DNA of 64,000 nt from Candidatus Onthovivens sp. (GTDB lineage: Bacteria; Bacillota_I; Bacilli_A; RFN20; CAG-826). The DNA is taken from positions 13,529 through 77,528 of the forward strand of contig DATESL010000015.1 of assembly GCA_035270825.1 (NCBI GenBank), read 5' to 3'. Positions 35,723-44,234 of the stretch are shown here, one piece after another. The notes beneath the pieces were generated by a model, which saw only the letters and a list, made by a program, of their open reading frames with translations, made no database searches and was not told the origin of the DNA. The position numbers and the translations under genes are program-made. Each line of letters opens with the position of its first letter. Position 1 is the stretch's first letter.

Positions 35723-36406
35723 ATGAAATTAAATTTGCCAACTAAAATTACGATCGCACGTATTTTTCTTGCTGTTTCGTTAATTATTACTGTTTTTGTT
35801 TTATATTTTCTTGATTTATATCAAGTAATAAATATTGCCTCTATTGGGAATATTGAAGTTATTAAAGGAAGTAAGATTCAAGTTAACTATATAATGTTAA
35901 TTCTTTTAGCAGTCTTTGCTTTTGCTTCTTTTACAGACTTTTTAGATGGTTATCTTGCAAGAAAATATAATTTAATTACTGATTTGGGAAAATTTCTTGA
36001 TCCACTAGCTGATAAAATGCTTGTGAATTCAATGTTGATCTTTCTTGCTGTAGGTTTTCCTTCCTTAATGGCTGAAAACTCATTAACGCAAACTATCAAC
36101 TTAACTTTCCCATTTTTCCTAGTTATTATTATGATTATTCGCGATTTAATTGTTGATAGTTTGCGTTTTATTGCCGCACAAAAAGGGCGAGTGATTGCAG
36201 CTAATATTTTTGGGAAGGGCAAAACAGTTTTAGAAATGGTGACAATTATTTTTATTTTAATGAACGGGATACCTTTTTCCTTGTTTGATATCAATTTTAT
36301 GCCCTATTTACACATCACCGATTTTTTATGTTATTTAACAACAATTCTTAGTGTAGTTAGTGGGGGCATTTATCTAAAAGAAAACTTTAATGTTTTTAAG
36401 GAGTAA
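35723..36406 (+). CDS. pgsA: CDP-diacylglycerol--glycerol-3-phosphate 3-phosphatidyltransferase
   Basis: Start moved to the ATG at 35723 (MKLNLPTKITIARI), because the track ORF start lies inside rnpB. CDP-alcohol motif DFLDGYLARKYNLITDLGKFLDPLADK. Confidence 0.9.
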   Translation: MKLNLPTKITIARIFLAVSLIITVFVLYFLDLYQVINIASIGNIEVIKGSKIQVNYIMLILLAVFAFASFTDFLDGYLARKYNLITDLGKFLDPLADKMLVNSMLIFLAVGFPSLMAENSLTQTINLTFPFFLVIIMIIRDLIVDSLRFIAAQKGRVIAANIFGKGKTVLEMVTIIFILMNGIPFSLFDINFMPYLHITDFLCYLTTILSVVSGGIYLKENFNVFKE

Positions 36407-36408
36407 AA

Positions 36409-36876
36409 ATGAAAGCGGAAGAATTATTAATTAAAAAATTAAAGAAGTTGAAGTTAACAATTGGCTCTGTTGAATCAATGACAGGGGGAGCTTTTTGCAA
36501 GGCGATCACTGATATTGCTGGGGCTAGTGAAGTTTATAAGGGATCTTTAATTTGTTATTGCAACGAACTGAAAACAAATTTATTAAATATTAGTGAAGAG
36601 TTGATTATTCAAAAGGGAGCTGTTAGTTATGAAGTTGCTAAGTTAATGGCTCAAGAAGGAATGAAGATTTTAAAGACTGATCTTTGTATATCTTTTACTG
36701 GCAATGCTGGTCCTGGTATTTTACCAGGAGAAGAGGGCGTGGGGGTTTGCTATATTGGCATTGCCACTAAAAACACGATGGAAGTTGAAAAAATCGAGGC
36801 TAAAGGGTCTCGCAAGATAATTAGAAACAAGATAATTTCTGTTGCTTTAGAAAAATTAAATCAAAAAATTTCATAA
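36409..36876 (+). CDS. cinA: CinA C-terminal domain protein (nicotinamide-nucleotide amidohydrolase PncC-like)
   Basis: SVESMTGGAF and FTGNAGPG motifs. The pgsA-cinA-recA order matches Bacillus. Confidence 0.85.
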   Translation: MKAEELLIKKLKKLKLTIGSVESMTGGAFCKAITDIAGASEVYKGSLICYCNELKTNLLNISEELIIQKGAVSYEVAKLMAQEGMKILKTDLCISFTGNAGPGILPGEEGVGVCYIGIATKNTMEVEKIEAKGSRKIIRNKIISVALEKLNQKIS

Positions 36877-36927
36877 TGCATTCCAATTTTTTTAAAAACT
36901 AGCAATCTTGATTATAAGGAGTGGTTT

Positions 36928-37941
36928 ATGACAAAAAAGAAAGAAGTTGTAAGTGATGAAATTTTAGAAGGAGTTCTAAAAGACATTGAACATCAATTTG
37001 GGAGGGGATCAATTATGAAGTTAGGCGATGTTCCTAACTCCGATGTTGATGTTATTTCTAGTGGTTCGATTCTTCTAGATCGTTGTTTAGGGGTAGGCGG
37101 TTATCCTAAGGGGAGGATTGTTGAAATTTATGGTCCTGAAAGTAGTGGGAAGACTACTTTGGCTTTAACAGCAATTGCTCAAACTCAAGCAGGTGGAGGG
37201 AAGGCGGCTTTTATTGATGCTGAAAATAGCATTGATCCAGAGTATGCTGAAACTCTTGGCGTGAAGATTCAAGATTTAGTGTTATCTCAACCTGATAGCG
37301 GGGAACAGGCTTTAGAAATTGTTGAAGTCTTAATTAAATCAGGAGTTTTTGATTTAATTGTTGTTGATAGTGTCGCAGCTCTTACCCCTCAAGCTGAACT
37401 TGAGGGTTTAATGAGTGATGCCAATATTGGGTTACAAGCCCGTATGATGTCTAAGGCAATGAGGAAAATTGCTGGATTACTCAATCGTAACGGAGTAACA
37501 ATTATTTTTATTAACCAATTAAGAGAAAAGGTTGGGGTGATTTATGGAAATAATGAAACAACAACAGGAGGAAGAGCTTTAAAATTTTATTCCTCTATTC
37601 GAATTGATATTCGTCGAGCTGAAGCCATTAAAGATGGAGTTAATTTAATTGGAAATGTGGCTTCAATTCGTGTTGTTAAAAATAAAGTTGCCCCACCATT
37701 TAAATCTTGTTTAGTTGATATAATTTATGGAAAAGGGATTTCTCGCGAAGGAGAGCTTTTAGATTTAGGAATTAAAGATGGCTTAATTAAAAAGGCGGGG
37801 TCCTGGTATGAGGTTAATGGTGAGCGTATGGGGCAAGGAAGAGAGACTGCAAAGCAGTTTTTAGTCGACCATAAAGATCTCTTTGAAGAGCTAAAAGGGA
37901 AGATAATTAAAAATAATCAAGTAGTTGCAGAAAAGAAATAG
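36928..37941 (+). CDS. recA: Recombinase RecA
   Basis: [12 protein letters not shown] Walker [10 protein letters not shown], and the L1/L2 loops. AAGGAG SD upstream. Confidence 0.97.
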   Translation: MTKKKEVVSDEILEGVLKDIEHQFGRGSIMKLGDVPNSDVDVISSGSILLDRCLGVGGYPKGRIVEIYGPESSGKTTLALTAIAQTQAGGGKAAFIDAENSIDPEYAETLGVKIQDLVLSQPDSGEQALEIVEVLIKSGVFDLIVVDSVAALTPQAELEGLMSDANIGLQARMMSKAMRKIAGLLNRNGVTIIFINQLREKVGVIYGNNETTTGGRALKFYSSIRIDIRRAEAIKDGVNLIGNVASIRVVKNKVAPPFKSCLVDIIYGKGISREGELLDLGIKDGLIKKAGSWYEVNGERMGQGRETAKQFLVDHKDLFEELKGKIIKNNQVVAEKK

Positions 37942-38112
37942 TTGAAGTTGATATCCTTTCTTTCATTAATAGAGAATTTATTTTAGATAATTGCTGAATT
38001 TAATAGATTAATTCTAGTCTTTTGTATATAATATTAATGGTATCACTTGGATACTTTTATATATATTTATTAACACTGTAATTTTATTTATCATAAATTG
38101 ACGTTTAATATC

Positions 38113-38142
38113 TTAATAAAGAAGTTTTTTGGTACCTATAAT
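38113..38142 (+). promoter_or_regulatory. Possible promoter of rny
   Basis: TTAATA, an 18-nt spacer, then TATAAT. It would leave a short leader containing the SD AAAGGAG. Confidence 0.4.
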
Positions 38143-38160
38143 GAAATAAAGGAGAACATT

Positions 38161-39717
38161 ATGCAAGATATTTTCATTGGTCTTTTAGCCGGCGCTGCTG
38201 GTGGAATCATAATTGGTTTTCTTGTATGTTTTTTAATTCCTACACTTCGAACTAGATTTGCTGATTCAAAATCATCAAAAATAATTAAAGATGCTGAAAT
38301 TAAAGCTGAACATATTCAAAAAAATGCTGTACTTGATGCTAAGCAAACAATCTTTGAATTAAAACAAGAAGCTGATCGCGACGTTAAAGAAAGAAAACAA
38401 AGTGTTATCGTTCAAGAAAACAAATTGTTACAAAGAGAACAATCGATTGATAATCGAGACGCTCAATTAATTAAAAAAGAGACTATTCTTGAACAAAAAG
38501 AAAATTTAATCGATCAACAAATCGAAGAAAACAAAAAAAGAGCTAAAACTTTACAAGAAAAAATTGATGGTATTGTTGCTGAGTTAGAAAAAGTTTCTAA
38601 ATTAACCGAAAAAGATGCTAAAGCTGAAATATTTAGAATGGTTGAAGAAAAAGAAACAAACGAAATCGCTAAATACATGAAGGAAATGGAAGAAAAGGCT
38701 GAAGCAATTGCTGATGAAAGAGCACGCTCAATTCTAACAAACGCTATTTCTCGTCATGCTCAAGAAGTCACAACTGAGAGAACAGTAAATGTTATTTCAC
38801 TCCCTGGAGATGAAATGAAAGGACGTATTATTGGTCGTGAGGGCCGTAATATTAAATCCTTAGAAGCTTTACTTGGAGTTGATATCTTAATTGATGATAC
38901 CCCAGAAGCTATTACTGTTAGCTGTTTTAACCCAATCCGCCGTGAAATCGCTTCTAAAGCTTTAAATATTTTAATTAAAGACGGACGTATTCAACCAGGT
39001 CGAATTGAAGAAGTTGTTGAAAAATGTAAAAAAGAAGTCGATGAATCAATTAGAAAAGCCGGCGAAGAAGCTATCTTCAAACTGGGAATTGGTTCAATGA
39101 ATCGAGAATTAATTATGGCAGTTGGACGTTTAAAATACCGTACTAGTTATTCGCAAAACCAATTAGAACACAGTATTGAAACCGCTCAATTATGTGGCGT
39201 GATGGCTGCTGAACTTGGGCTCAATCAACAAATTGCAAAAAGAGCTGGACTCTTACATGATATTGGTAAATCTTTTGATTTTGAAGTTGAAGGATCACAC
39301 GTTGAAATTGGTGCTCGACTTGCTAAAAAATATGGTGAACATGAAATTGTTATTAATGCCATTGAAGCTCATCATGGTGATGTCCCAATCAAATTTGTTA
39401 TTTCAAATTTAGTTATTGCTGCTGATACCTTAAGTGCTGCAAGACCTGGTTCCCGTAGTGAAACCCTTGAAACTTATGTTAAACGTATTGAGCAATTAGA
39501 AGAAATCTGCAAGAGCTATGATGGAGTCTTGAGTTGCTATGCAATGCAATCAGGAAGAGAAATCCGCGTGATGGTTATTCCTGAAAAAATCGATGATTTA
39601 CAAGCCTTCAAGCTTGCAAAAGATATTAAAAATAGAATTGAAACTGAAATGGCTTACCCAGGTCAAATTAAAGTTAATGTGATCAGGGAATATCGCGCCA
39701 TAGAAACGGCTAAATAA
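38161..39717 (+). CDS. rny: Ribonuclease Y
   Basis: Start moved to the ATG at 38161 (MQDIFIGLLAGAAGGIIIGF, the N-terminal TM anchor), with AAAGGAG upstream. Coiled coil, KH (GRIIGREGRNI) and HD (LLHDIGK) domains. Confidence 0.95.
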   Translation: MQDIFIGLLAGAAGGIIIGFLVCFLIPTLRTRFADSKSSKIIKDAEIKAEHIQKNAVLDAKQTIFELKQEADRDVKERKQSVIVQENKLLQREQSIDNRDAQLIKKETILEQKENLIDQQIEENKKRAKTLQEKIDGIVAELEKVSKLTEKDAKAEIFRMVEEKETNEIAKYMKEMEEKAEAIADERARSILTNAISRHAQEVTTERTVNVISLPGDEMKGRIIGREGRNIKSLEALLGVDILIDDTPEAITVSCFNPIRREIASKALNILIKDGRIQPGRIEEVVEKCKKEVDESIRKAGEEAIFKLGIGSMNRELIMAVGRLKYRTSYSQNQLEHSIETAQLCGVMAAELGLNQQIAKRAGLLHDIGKSFDFEVEGSHVEIGARLAKKYGEHEIVINAIEAHHGDVPIKFVISNLVIAADTLSAARPGSRSETLETYVKRIEQLEEICKSYDGVLSCYAMQSGREIRVMVIPEKIDDLQAFKLAKDIKNRIETEMAYPGQIKVNVIREYRAIETAK

Positions 39718-40505
39718 TGAACGTTTTATTTATTGGCGATATCGTTGGTAAAGTTGGAAGAAAGGCTCTTTTTAAGAACCTTTCTTTTATTAGAGATAAG
39801 TATCAAATCGATTTTACAATTTGTAATGGTGAAAATATTTCTAATGGACGTGGGATGAACGAGAATCATTATGATTTTCTTTCTGATTTAGGAATTGATT
39901 GTATCACCTTAGGAAACCACTATAAAAATAAAGATGACATTTATAAAGTTCTTGATAACGAAAACATAATTCGTCCAGCCAATTTAGTTGATGAAACAAA
40001 GGGAGTTGGGAGCCGTCTTTATGATTGTGAGGGAGTTAAAATACGTGTTAGTAATCTTTTAGGAGAAACTTTTATGCGTGAAAGCGTTCATTCTCCGTAT
40101 GAAGTTTTAGAAGAAATCGTGATGAATGATGAAAGTGATATTCATATTGTTGATTTTCACGCTGAAACTAATGGTGAAAAAAAAGGAATTGCTTTTTTAT
40201 TTAAAGATCAAATTAATGCCCTGATTGGAACCCATACTCATGTTCAAACAGTTGATGCTGAAATAATAAATGGGACGATTGCTTATATTTCAGATGTGGG
40301 GATGTGCGGAGCCTATCATAGTATTTTAGGGTGTGATGCCGAATCAATTGTTAAAAAAATGATTTTAAAAACCGGTAAATCTTATACCTTACCAGAAAAA
40401 GATGATAGTGTCTTTAGTGCAGTGATTATTACCTTTGATGATTTAAATTTCAATCCTGTAAAGATTAATCCTTTATATATAATAGATAAAAGAGAAACAT
40501 TATGA
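39717..40505 (+). CDS. ymdB: YmdB-family metallophosphoesterase (2',3'-cyclic-nucleotide phosphodiesterase)
   Basis: MNVLFIGDIVGK, NGENISNGRG, GNH, DFHAE, GTHTHVQT motifs. Immediately follows rny, as in Bacillus. Confidence 0.9.
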   Translation: MNVLFIGDIVGKVGRKALFKNLSFIRDKYQIDFTICNGENISNGRGMNENHYDFLSDLGIDCITLGNHYKNKDDIYKVLDNENIIRPANLVDETKGVGSRLYDCEGVKIRVSNLLGETFMRESVHSPYEVLEEIVMNDESDIHIVDFHAETNGEKKGIAFLFKDQINALIGTHTHVQTVDAEIINGTIAYISDVGMCGAYHSILGCDAESIVKKMILKTGKSYTLPEKDDSVFSAVIITFDDLNFNPVKINPLYIIDKRETL

Positions 40506-41947
40506 GAAAAATTAAAATTATAGAAAAACCAAGCATGGATAAAGCGCGTTTAAGAGTCTGTAAAGCCTCTTCGCTTTTTTATGACTATATTCCAACAAGT
40601 GAATTATTAGAAAATTTAAAAAAGAAGAAATACTTAATTAAAACTTATGGCTGCCAAGCTAATATTCGTGATGAAGAAGTAATCTCAGGGTTATTAGAAC
40701 AAGTTGGAATGATTAAAACTAGTTTAGAAGATGAAGCTGATTTAATCATTTTAAACACTTGTAGTGTTAGAGAAAATGCTGATGATAAAGTTTATGCTGA
40801 AGTTGGTGACTTATCGCATTTAAAAAAGAAAAAGAAAGATTTAATTATTGCAATTTGTGGGTGTATGATTGAACAAATTCATGTAGTTGAAAAATTAACA
40901 AAGACTTTTGAATATATTGATATTTTATATGGAACACATAATATTAAAGATTTTATCGAGATTCTTGATGAATTTATTAAACTTAAAAGAGAAGTAAGAA
41001 TCGTTAAAGTATCTTCAAAAGAGGGAGATATAATTGAGGGATTACCATCAAAGAGATTAAGTAGTTTTAAAGCTTTTGTTAATATAACTTATGGCTGTGA
41101 TAAGTTTTGTACGTATTGCATTGTTCCTTATACACGAGGAAAAGAACGCAGTCGCGATTTAAATGATATATTAAATGAATGTAGGGAATTAGTTGCTAAT
41201 GGTTATCAAGAAATTACTCTTTTAGGACAAAATGTTGATAGTTATGGAAAAGATCTTGAGTCAGGAATTGATTTTGCCTATCTTTTAGAAGAGGTTGCAA
41301 AACTTGGAATTCCTCGCTTAAGATTTTTAACATCTTATCCAAGTGATTTTAAAGATAATGTCATCGATGTCATTGCAAAATATCCTAATATTATGAAATT
41401 TATTCATTTACCATTTCAAGCTGGTAATAATAATATATTAAGAGCAATGGGTCGTCGTTATAGTTATGAAAGTTACTTAGAATTAATTAATAAGATTAAA
41501 GCTAAAGTTCCTGGATGTACATTTTCGACTGACATCATTGTAGGTTTCCCAAATGAAACATATGAGGAATTCCTCGATACAATTAAACTTTGTAATGAGG
41601 TCGGTTTTACGAGTGCTTTTACTTTTATTTATTCTCCTCGAATTGGAACTCCAGCTGCTAAAATTATTGATCATGTTCCTTATGAGGAAAAAATTAAACG
41701 TTTTAAAGAATTATTAGATTCACTGGAAATTAGACTTAATGATCTTGCTCAGGAGATGGTTGGAAAAACTTATCCTGTGTTAGTAGAGGGTTATTCTAAA
41801 AAGAATAAGGAAGTCTTATCAGGTTTTTTAGAAAACCAAAAAGTAGTCCATTTTAAAGGTGATTTATCTCTTGTTGGCAAAATAGTTCAAGTTAAAATCT
41901 TAGAAAATCATGCCTATTCATTAAATGGAGAATTAATTAGTGAATAA
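40502..41947 (+). CDS. miaB: tRNA-2-methylthio-N6-dimethylallyladenosine synthase MiaB
   Basis: UPF0004 N-terminal Cys triad (GCQANIRDEE ... NTCSVRE ... GCM), radical-SAM CDKFCTYCIVP, and a TRAM C-terminus. Confidence 0.9.
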   Translation: MRKIKIIEKPSMDKARLRVCKASSLFYDYIPTSELLENLKKKKYLIKTYGCQANIRDEEVISGLLEQVGMIKTSLEDEADLIILNTCSVRENADDKVYAEVGDLSHLKKKKKDLIIAICGCMIEQIHVVEKLTKTFEYIDILYGTHNIKDFIEILDEFIKLKREVRIVKVSSKEGDIIEGLPSKRLSSFKAFVNITYGCDKFCTYCIVPYTRGKERSRDLNDILNECRELVANGYQEITLLGQNVDSYGKDLESGIDFAYLLEEVAKLGIPRLRFLTSYPSDFKDNVIDVIAKYPNIMKFIHLPFQAGNNNILRAMGRRYSYESYLELINKIKAKVPGCTFSTDIIVGFPNETYEEFLDTIKLCNEVGFTSAFTFIYSPRIGTPAAKIIDHVPYEEKIKRFKELLDSLEIRLNDLAQEMVGKTYPVLVEGYSKKNKEVLSGFLENQKVVHFKGDLSLVGKIVQVKILENHAYSLNGELISE

Positions 41948-42230
41948 ATTAATAAAAGAAAAAATTTTAAAGCTAAAAGAAGTGATTAATGAAGAACCAT
42001 TAATTATTGAATTTTTAAATGTTAAAAAAGCCGTGGAAGAAAATGAAGAATTAATAAATTTACTGCGTGAGAGAGATTTCTATAAAAATTGTTCACCAGA
42101 ATCAAGGGAAAGAGAAAAATATTTAGAGTTAGAAGCCAAATATAATTCTAACCCGTTAGTTTTAAACTATCACAACTTAGAAAAAGAAGTGATTTTATTT
42201 TTAAATGAAATAAAGGAGTATTTAATTTAA
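41940..42230 (+). CDS. YlbF/YmcA-family protein
   Basis: Small helical protein directly after miaB, as ymcA is in Bacillus. GTG start. Weak family resemblance only. Confidence 0.5.
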   Translation: MNKLIKEKILKLKEVINEEPLIIEFLNVKKAVEENEELINLLRERDFYKNCSPESREREKYLELEAKYNSNPLVLNYHNLEKEVILFLNEIKEYLI

Positions 42231-42231
42231 G

Positions 42232-43101
42232 ATGATCTATGTTATTTTAGGGCCAACTTGTTCCCATAAATCAAAATTAGCTGAGCTTTTACATAAGGCG
42301 ATCAAAAACTCAATTGTTGTAAATTTTGATGCTTTTCAAGTATATAGAGAATTAAATATTGGCACTGCTAAACCATCAAAAGAGGAACTTGCAACAGGTG
42401 ATTATTATTTATATGATTTTTTAAATTTAACAGAGATTTACGATGTTTCTGCCTATCAAGATGATGCTCGTCATTTGCTTGAGAAGTTTTCTGATCGCGA
42501 TATTATTTTCGTTGGAGGGACAGGGCTTTATATTAAGGCCGCTCTTTTTGATTATCAATTTTTAAAAGAAGATTCAATGAGTGAAGATTATTTAAGTGAA
42601 CTGACAACTGAAGAATTATTTGCAAAATTAGAAAAAATTGATCCTCTTGATGCTGCAAAAATTGGTAATAATAATCGCAAACGTTTATTAAGAGCGCTTT
42701 TTATTTATGAAAGTCACCAAAAAAGCAAAAGTGATATCACTTTAGATGGTAAAAATAAATTATTATATGAAAATACTAAGTTCATTTTATTAAATCCTGA
42801 CCGTGAAAGTTTATATGAAGATATTAATCTTCGTGTTGATGAGATGTTTGAGGCTGGATTAAAAGAAGAAGTGAATGATTTAATTAATGTCTATGGAAAG
42901 TCTTTGCGCTCAATGCAAGCTATTGGTTATAAAGAATTTTTTGATAACGAACTAAGTTTAGAAGAAATTAAAGAGTTAATAAAAAAACATACGAGAAATT
43001 ATGCTAAAAGACAAATTACTTTTTTCAAACATCAATTTGAAAATGTCGCTGTCTATGAGACTTATTTAGATGCCTATGAGGATTTAGTCAAAAAAAGTTA
43101 A
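42232..43101 (+). CDS. miaA: tRNA dimethylallyltransferase MiaA
   Basis: IPPT family features: VGGTGLY, RRLLRALF-like KRLLRALF, YAKRQITFF. The P-loop reads GPTCSHKS. Confidence 0.85.
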   Translation: MIYVILGPTCSHKSKLAELLHKAIKNSIVVNFDAFQVYRELNIGTAKPSKEELATGDYYLYDFLNLTEIYDVSAYQDDARHLLEKFSDRDIIFVGGTGLYIKAALFDYQFLKEDSMSEDYLSELTTEELFAKLEKIDPLDAAKIGNNNRKRLLRALFIYESHQKSKSDITLDGKNKLLYENTKFILLNPDRESLYEDINLRVDEMFEAGLKEEVNDLINVYGKSLRSMQAIGYKEFFDNELSLEEIKELIKKHTRNYAKRQITFFKHQFENVAVYETYLDAYEDLVKKS

Positions 43102-43155
43102 AATTCTTAACTAAATGAATAGTTTATTGGGGCTAAAATGTGTTAATATTTATGT

Positions 43156-43842
43156 ATGGATTACAAAACTAAGAACATTTTAATAGTTGATGATGATAAA
43201 TCAAATCAACAGAATTTGAGGAATATTCTCAAAAATTCTAACTATAATGTCCAATGTGTTTCTGAATGCCAAGAAGGGATTGATTTTTGTATCTCTAATA
43301 TTGTTGATTTAATTATTACTGAATTAAACCTACCTGATAAAGATGGTATGGTTTTAATTGATAATGTTCGTGTTTTTAATGATGAAATTCCAATTATTGT
43401 TTTAACAAAAAGAGATTCAACTGAAAATAAGGTTATTGCTTTTGGGGTCGGGGCCAATGATTTTGTTTCAAAACCATTTATTGCCGCTGAACTTTTAGCT
43501 CGCGTTAAAAAAGAGTTTAGAATTAAAAGAATTGAAAAAAATTCGACTTTTGTTAATGGTCATTTCAAAATTGATTATGATGCCAAGTCTGTTTATATAA
43601 ATAACAAATTAATTCATTTAACAAATATTGAATATAAAATACTCGCTTTACTTTCTGAAAACGTTAATAAGACTTTAACAACCGATCAAATTATCACTCG
43701 TACTTGGGGTGAAAATGGACAGGACCGCAACGGTTTACGTGTTTTTATTGCTGGTATTAGAAAGAAAATTGAAAAAAAATCAGAACGCAACAAACTAATA
43801 AAAACAGTTATAAATGTCGGTTATTCGATGATAAAAATCTAA
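43156..43842 (+). CDS. Orphan OmpR/KdpE-like response regulator with Glu at the phospho-acceptor position
   Basis: Receiver domain (IVDDD, IIVLTKRD, VSKPF) plus winged-helix output (RTWGENGQDRNGLRVFIAGIRKKIE). The expected DLxxxD acceptor reads DLIITELNLP (GAA at 43321-43323). Confidence 0.85.
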   Translation: MDYKTKNILIVDDDKSNQQNLRNILKNSNYNVQCVSECQEGIDFCISNIVDLIITELNLPDKDGMVLIDNVRVFNDEIPIIVLTKRDSTENKVIAFGVGANDFVSKPFIAAELLARVKKEFRIKRIEKNSTFVNGHFKIDYDAKSVYINNKLIHLTNIEYKILALLSENVNKTLTTDQIITRTWGENGQDRNGLRVFIAGIRKKIEKKSERNKLIKTVINVGYSMIKI

Positions 43843-43887
43843 AAAACGCATAAAATTCTTTGAAACCGCTTACTTATGTAATTATCT

Positions 43888-43915
43888 TTGGATATCTCAC
43901 TTTCTATGATAATAT
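43888..43915 (+). promoter_or_regulatory. Possible promoter of the 44-codon ORF
   Basis: TTGGAT, a 16-nt spacer, then TAATAT. Confidence 0.4.
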
Positions 43916-43993
43916 TAAGTTCCTCATAGATATGGTAATGTTATTAACCCTACAGCTATCGACTATGAGTACTTAAGGAAGGAAGGAGAAATT

Positions 43994-44128
43994 ATGATTA
44001 AAAGACTTATCAACAGGATAAGCAATCATAATCAAGACTCCAAAGAAACGAATTCATACAGAAATGAAAATGGGTTTATGTCTTTTGTTCGTGATTATAT
44101 TGCTTATGCAGACTTTAGAAGTGAATAA
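43994..44128 (+). CDS. Small ORF (44 aa), hypothetical hydrophilic peptide, absent from the ORF track
   Basis: ATG preceded by AAGGAAGGAAGGAGAAATT. Translation: MIKRLINRISNHNQDSKETNSYRNENGFMSFVRDYIAYADFRSE. Followed by its own terminator. Confidence 0.5.
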   Translation: MIKRLINRISNHNQDSKETNSYRNENGFMSFVRDYIAYADFRSE

Positions 44129-44149
44129 CTTCTAAAAAATCTAAAATCT

Positions 44150-44177
44150 AATGACCATTAATTTGGTCATTTTTTTA
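44150..44177 (+). terminator. Rho-independent terminator after the small ORF
   Basis: AATGACCA-TTAATT-TGGTCATT followed by a T-run. Confidence 0.75.
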
Positions 44178-44234
44178 TTTTAGGGACCAAATATTTTCTT
44201 CAACTAGCAATCTTGTTAGTGAAGAGGATATAAG

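Noticed and set aside
35950-36294. 114-aa minus-strand ORF inside pgsA
   Set aside because: It is antisense to pgsA, with no SD and no recognisable motif.
36877-36927. Search for a LexA/Cheo box (CGAAC-N4-GTTCG) upstream of recA
   Set aside because: No such sequence is present in the 51-nt intergenic region, so no SOS operator can be claimed.
40156-40172. parS-like TTTTCACGCTGAAACT inside ymdB, and a GTTTCACGT half-site near 32838
   Set aside because: The first has an odd-numbered centre (TTTCA-CGC-TGAAA) rather than the 16-bp TGTTNCACGTGAAACA palindrome. The second is only a half-site. No canonical parS was seen by eye in the window.
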